A stretch of DNA of 6,023 bases from an uncultured Erysipelotrichaceae bacterium (lineage in GTDB: Bacteria > Bacillota_I > Bacilli_A > Erysipelotrichales > Erysipelotrichaceae), in the NCBI GenBank assembly GCA_964457525.1, contig CAYWGS010000093.1:1-6023 (forward strand). The letters are read 5' to 3'. Position 1 is the first letter of the stretch, and each line of letters starts with the position of its first letter. The translations under genes and the position numbers were made by a program. Shown piece by piece: positions 5,129 to 6,023 of this stretch. The notes beneath the pieces were generated by a model, which saw only the letters and a program-made list of their open reading frames with translations, was not told the DNA's origin and searched no databases.

Positions 5129-5982
5129 TATCTTATCTTTAACCAGTCATTCCGTTTTTCTTTGATCTGTTCTGATATCTTTTCAATATCCTCATAATAA
5201 CGCACATGCATGGATACAGTAAGTATATCGAGTAGATAGATCATTGATACAGTAAAGCTTGTATTGGACAATTCTAGGGCATTATTTCCAGCCATAGCAT
5301 AGAGTGTATAATTCGCGATTTGACTAATATATTTATCTTGTACACCACTGATTAATAAGGTTGGTATTTCATAGTGTTTTAGTTGTCTTCCTGCATCAAT
5401 GATAAACTGATTTCTTCCTGACTTTGTAATTAGAATCGCAAAACTTGGAATTTTAGAGTAATGTATGCGTTCTAGCCAACTCCAGTTTGTCGAATCATAG
5501 GCAATTGCATTTAATCCAATCGATTGTAGTTTATATTGATACATCTTCGCCACATCGAAGTTTAAACCCATGCCATAAATTCCAATATGTTGACTCTTTT
5601 GCATTAACTCAACACATTCTTTAAGTGTCTTAGAATCAATTAAACTTTGTGTATAATTGACCGCTCTTTGATAGATATGCGGCAACGTTTCGATAATATC
5701 ATCAATCTTTGAATCCTTACCAAATGGTACATCCTTAATTATTTGTTTGGATTCTACATACTGTGCATACTCAGCTGTATAAATTGATTTAAACTCCGTA
5801 AAACCACTAAGTCCTAGTTTCTGACATAAACGAACGATTGTAGATGGGCTCACATAAGACGCATGTGCTAACTCATGACTACTCATGTTTAAAATAGATT
5901 GAGGGTTCTTTTCAATATAGTCTGCTACTGCCGCTTCTTGTGTTGTAAGATTACTTGTGTTCTTTAATCTGTCCATTATCAT
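5128..5982 (-). CDS. RpiR/MurR-family transcriptional regulator (N-terminal HTH_6, C-terminal SIS phosphosugar-binding domain)
   Basis: TTQEAAVADYIEKNPQSILNMSSHELAHASYVSPSTIVRLCQKLGLSGFTEFK is the typical RpiR HTH region. The C-terminal half has the SIS-like pattern IGIYGMG...A...L...G...(ILITKSGRN). The start could be M1 (5982) or M3 (5976); neither has an SD. Confidence 0.88.
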   Translation of the reverse strand: MIMDRLKNTSNLTTQEAAVADYIEKNPQSILNMSSHELAHASYVSPSTIVRLCQKLGLSGFTEFKSIYTAEYAQYVESKQIIKDVPFGKDSKIDDIIETLPHIYQRAVNYTQSLIDSKTLKECVELMQKSQHIGIYGMGLNFDVAKMYQYKLQSIGLNAIAYDSTNWSWLERIHYSKIPSFAILITKSGRNQFIIDAGRQLKHYEIPTLLISGVQDKYISQIANYTLYAMAGNNALELSNTSFTVSMIYLLDILTVSMHVRYYEDIEKISEQIKEKRNDWLKIR

Positions 5983-5988
5983 GTTTAC

Positions 5989-5997
5989 ATTGTACCA
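5989..5997 (-). promoter_or_regulatory. Extended -10 promoter element (TGgTACAAT) placed to start transcription at the A of the rpiR-family ATG
   Basis: The minus strand reads TGGTACAAT-GTAAAC-ATG. Exactly 6 nt separate the -10 hexamer from the A of ATG 5982. There is no recognisable -35 and no SD. Confidence 0.4.
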
Positions 5998-6022
5998 AAA
6001 AGAAAAGGCAATTTCTTGCCTT
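5997..6022 (-). terminator. Rho-independent terminator of an upstream minus-strand gene lying beyond the right window edge
   Basis: The minus strand reads AAGGCAA-GAAA-TTGCCTT (6022-6005) followed by TTCTTTTT (6004-5997). Confidence 0.65.
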
Positions 6023-6023
6023 A

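Noticed and set aside
5530-5600. Atypical SIS phosphate-binding loop in the RpiR-family protein (YGMGLNF rather than the more usual G-x-G-x-S-G)
   Set aside because: Its significance cannot be judged without a family alignment, because RpiR-family SIS loops are variable. It is noted only as something to check when modelling the effector site. The coordinates are approximate.
1-6023. Mollicutes genetic code (TGA = Trp), mobile elements, CRISPR arrays, tRNA/rRNA genes, toxin-antitoxin or defence-system signatures
   Set aside because: TGA acts as the HAD stop in a classic ATGA overlap, and all family-length ORFs are intact under table 11. No transposase, integrase or recombinase-like ORFs were seen, nor terminal inverted repeats, regularly spaced repeats or cloverleaf-like RNA genes.

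Overview
AT-rich window with standard-code (table 11) behaviour: TGA is used as a stop in an ATGA overlap. It looks like a low-GC Gram-positive, Erysipelotrichia or Acholeplasma-type genome, but no taxon can be assigned from the sequence alone.

The left 3.6 kb is a minus-strand phospho-beta-glucoside/chitobiose-type catabolic operon. Its order is PTS EIIB (3282-3605), intrinsic terminator, GH4 6-phospho-beta-glucosidase (1913-3226), GC-rich palindromic hairpin, Cof-type HAD phosphatase (1040-1837), ChbG/YdjC deacetylase (330-1043, ATGA-coupled to the HAD gene), and a small EIIB-like protein with no cysteine (19-318). No EIIC or EIIA gene is present in the window.

A 295-bp divergent control region (3606-3900) carries back-to-back sigma-A-like promoters, a near-consensus cre box and phased TTTGTAA repeats. 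The plus-strand promoter drives two translationally coupled, divergent RDD-family polytopic membrane paralogs (3901-4443 and 4445-5113) of unknown function.

These converge on an RpiR-family (HTH + SIS) regulator gene (5128-5982, minus) at a short bidirectional terminator. The regulator gene appears to be leaderless.

No rRNA, tRNA, CRISPR array, transposase or integrase was recognised.

The features most worth follow-up are the RDD pair sitting in a PTS locus that lacks its permease, the Cys-less EIIB-like protein, and the internal terminator and hairpin that partition the operon.
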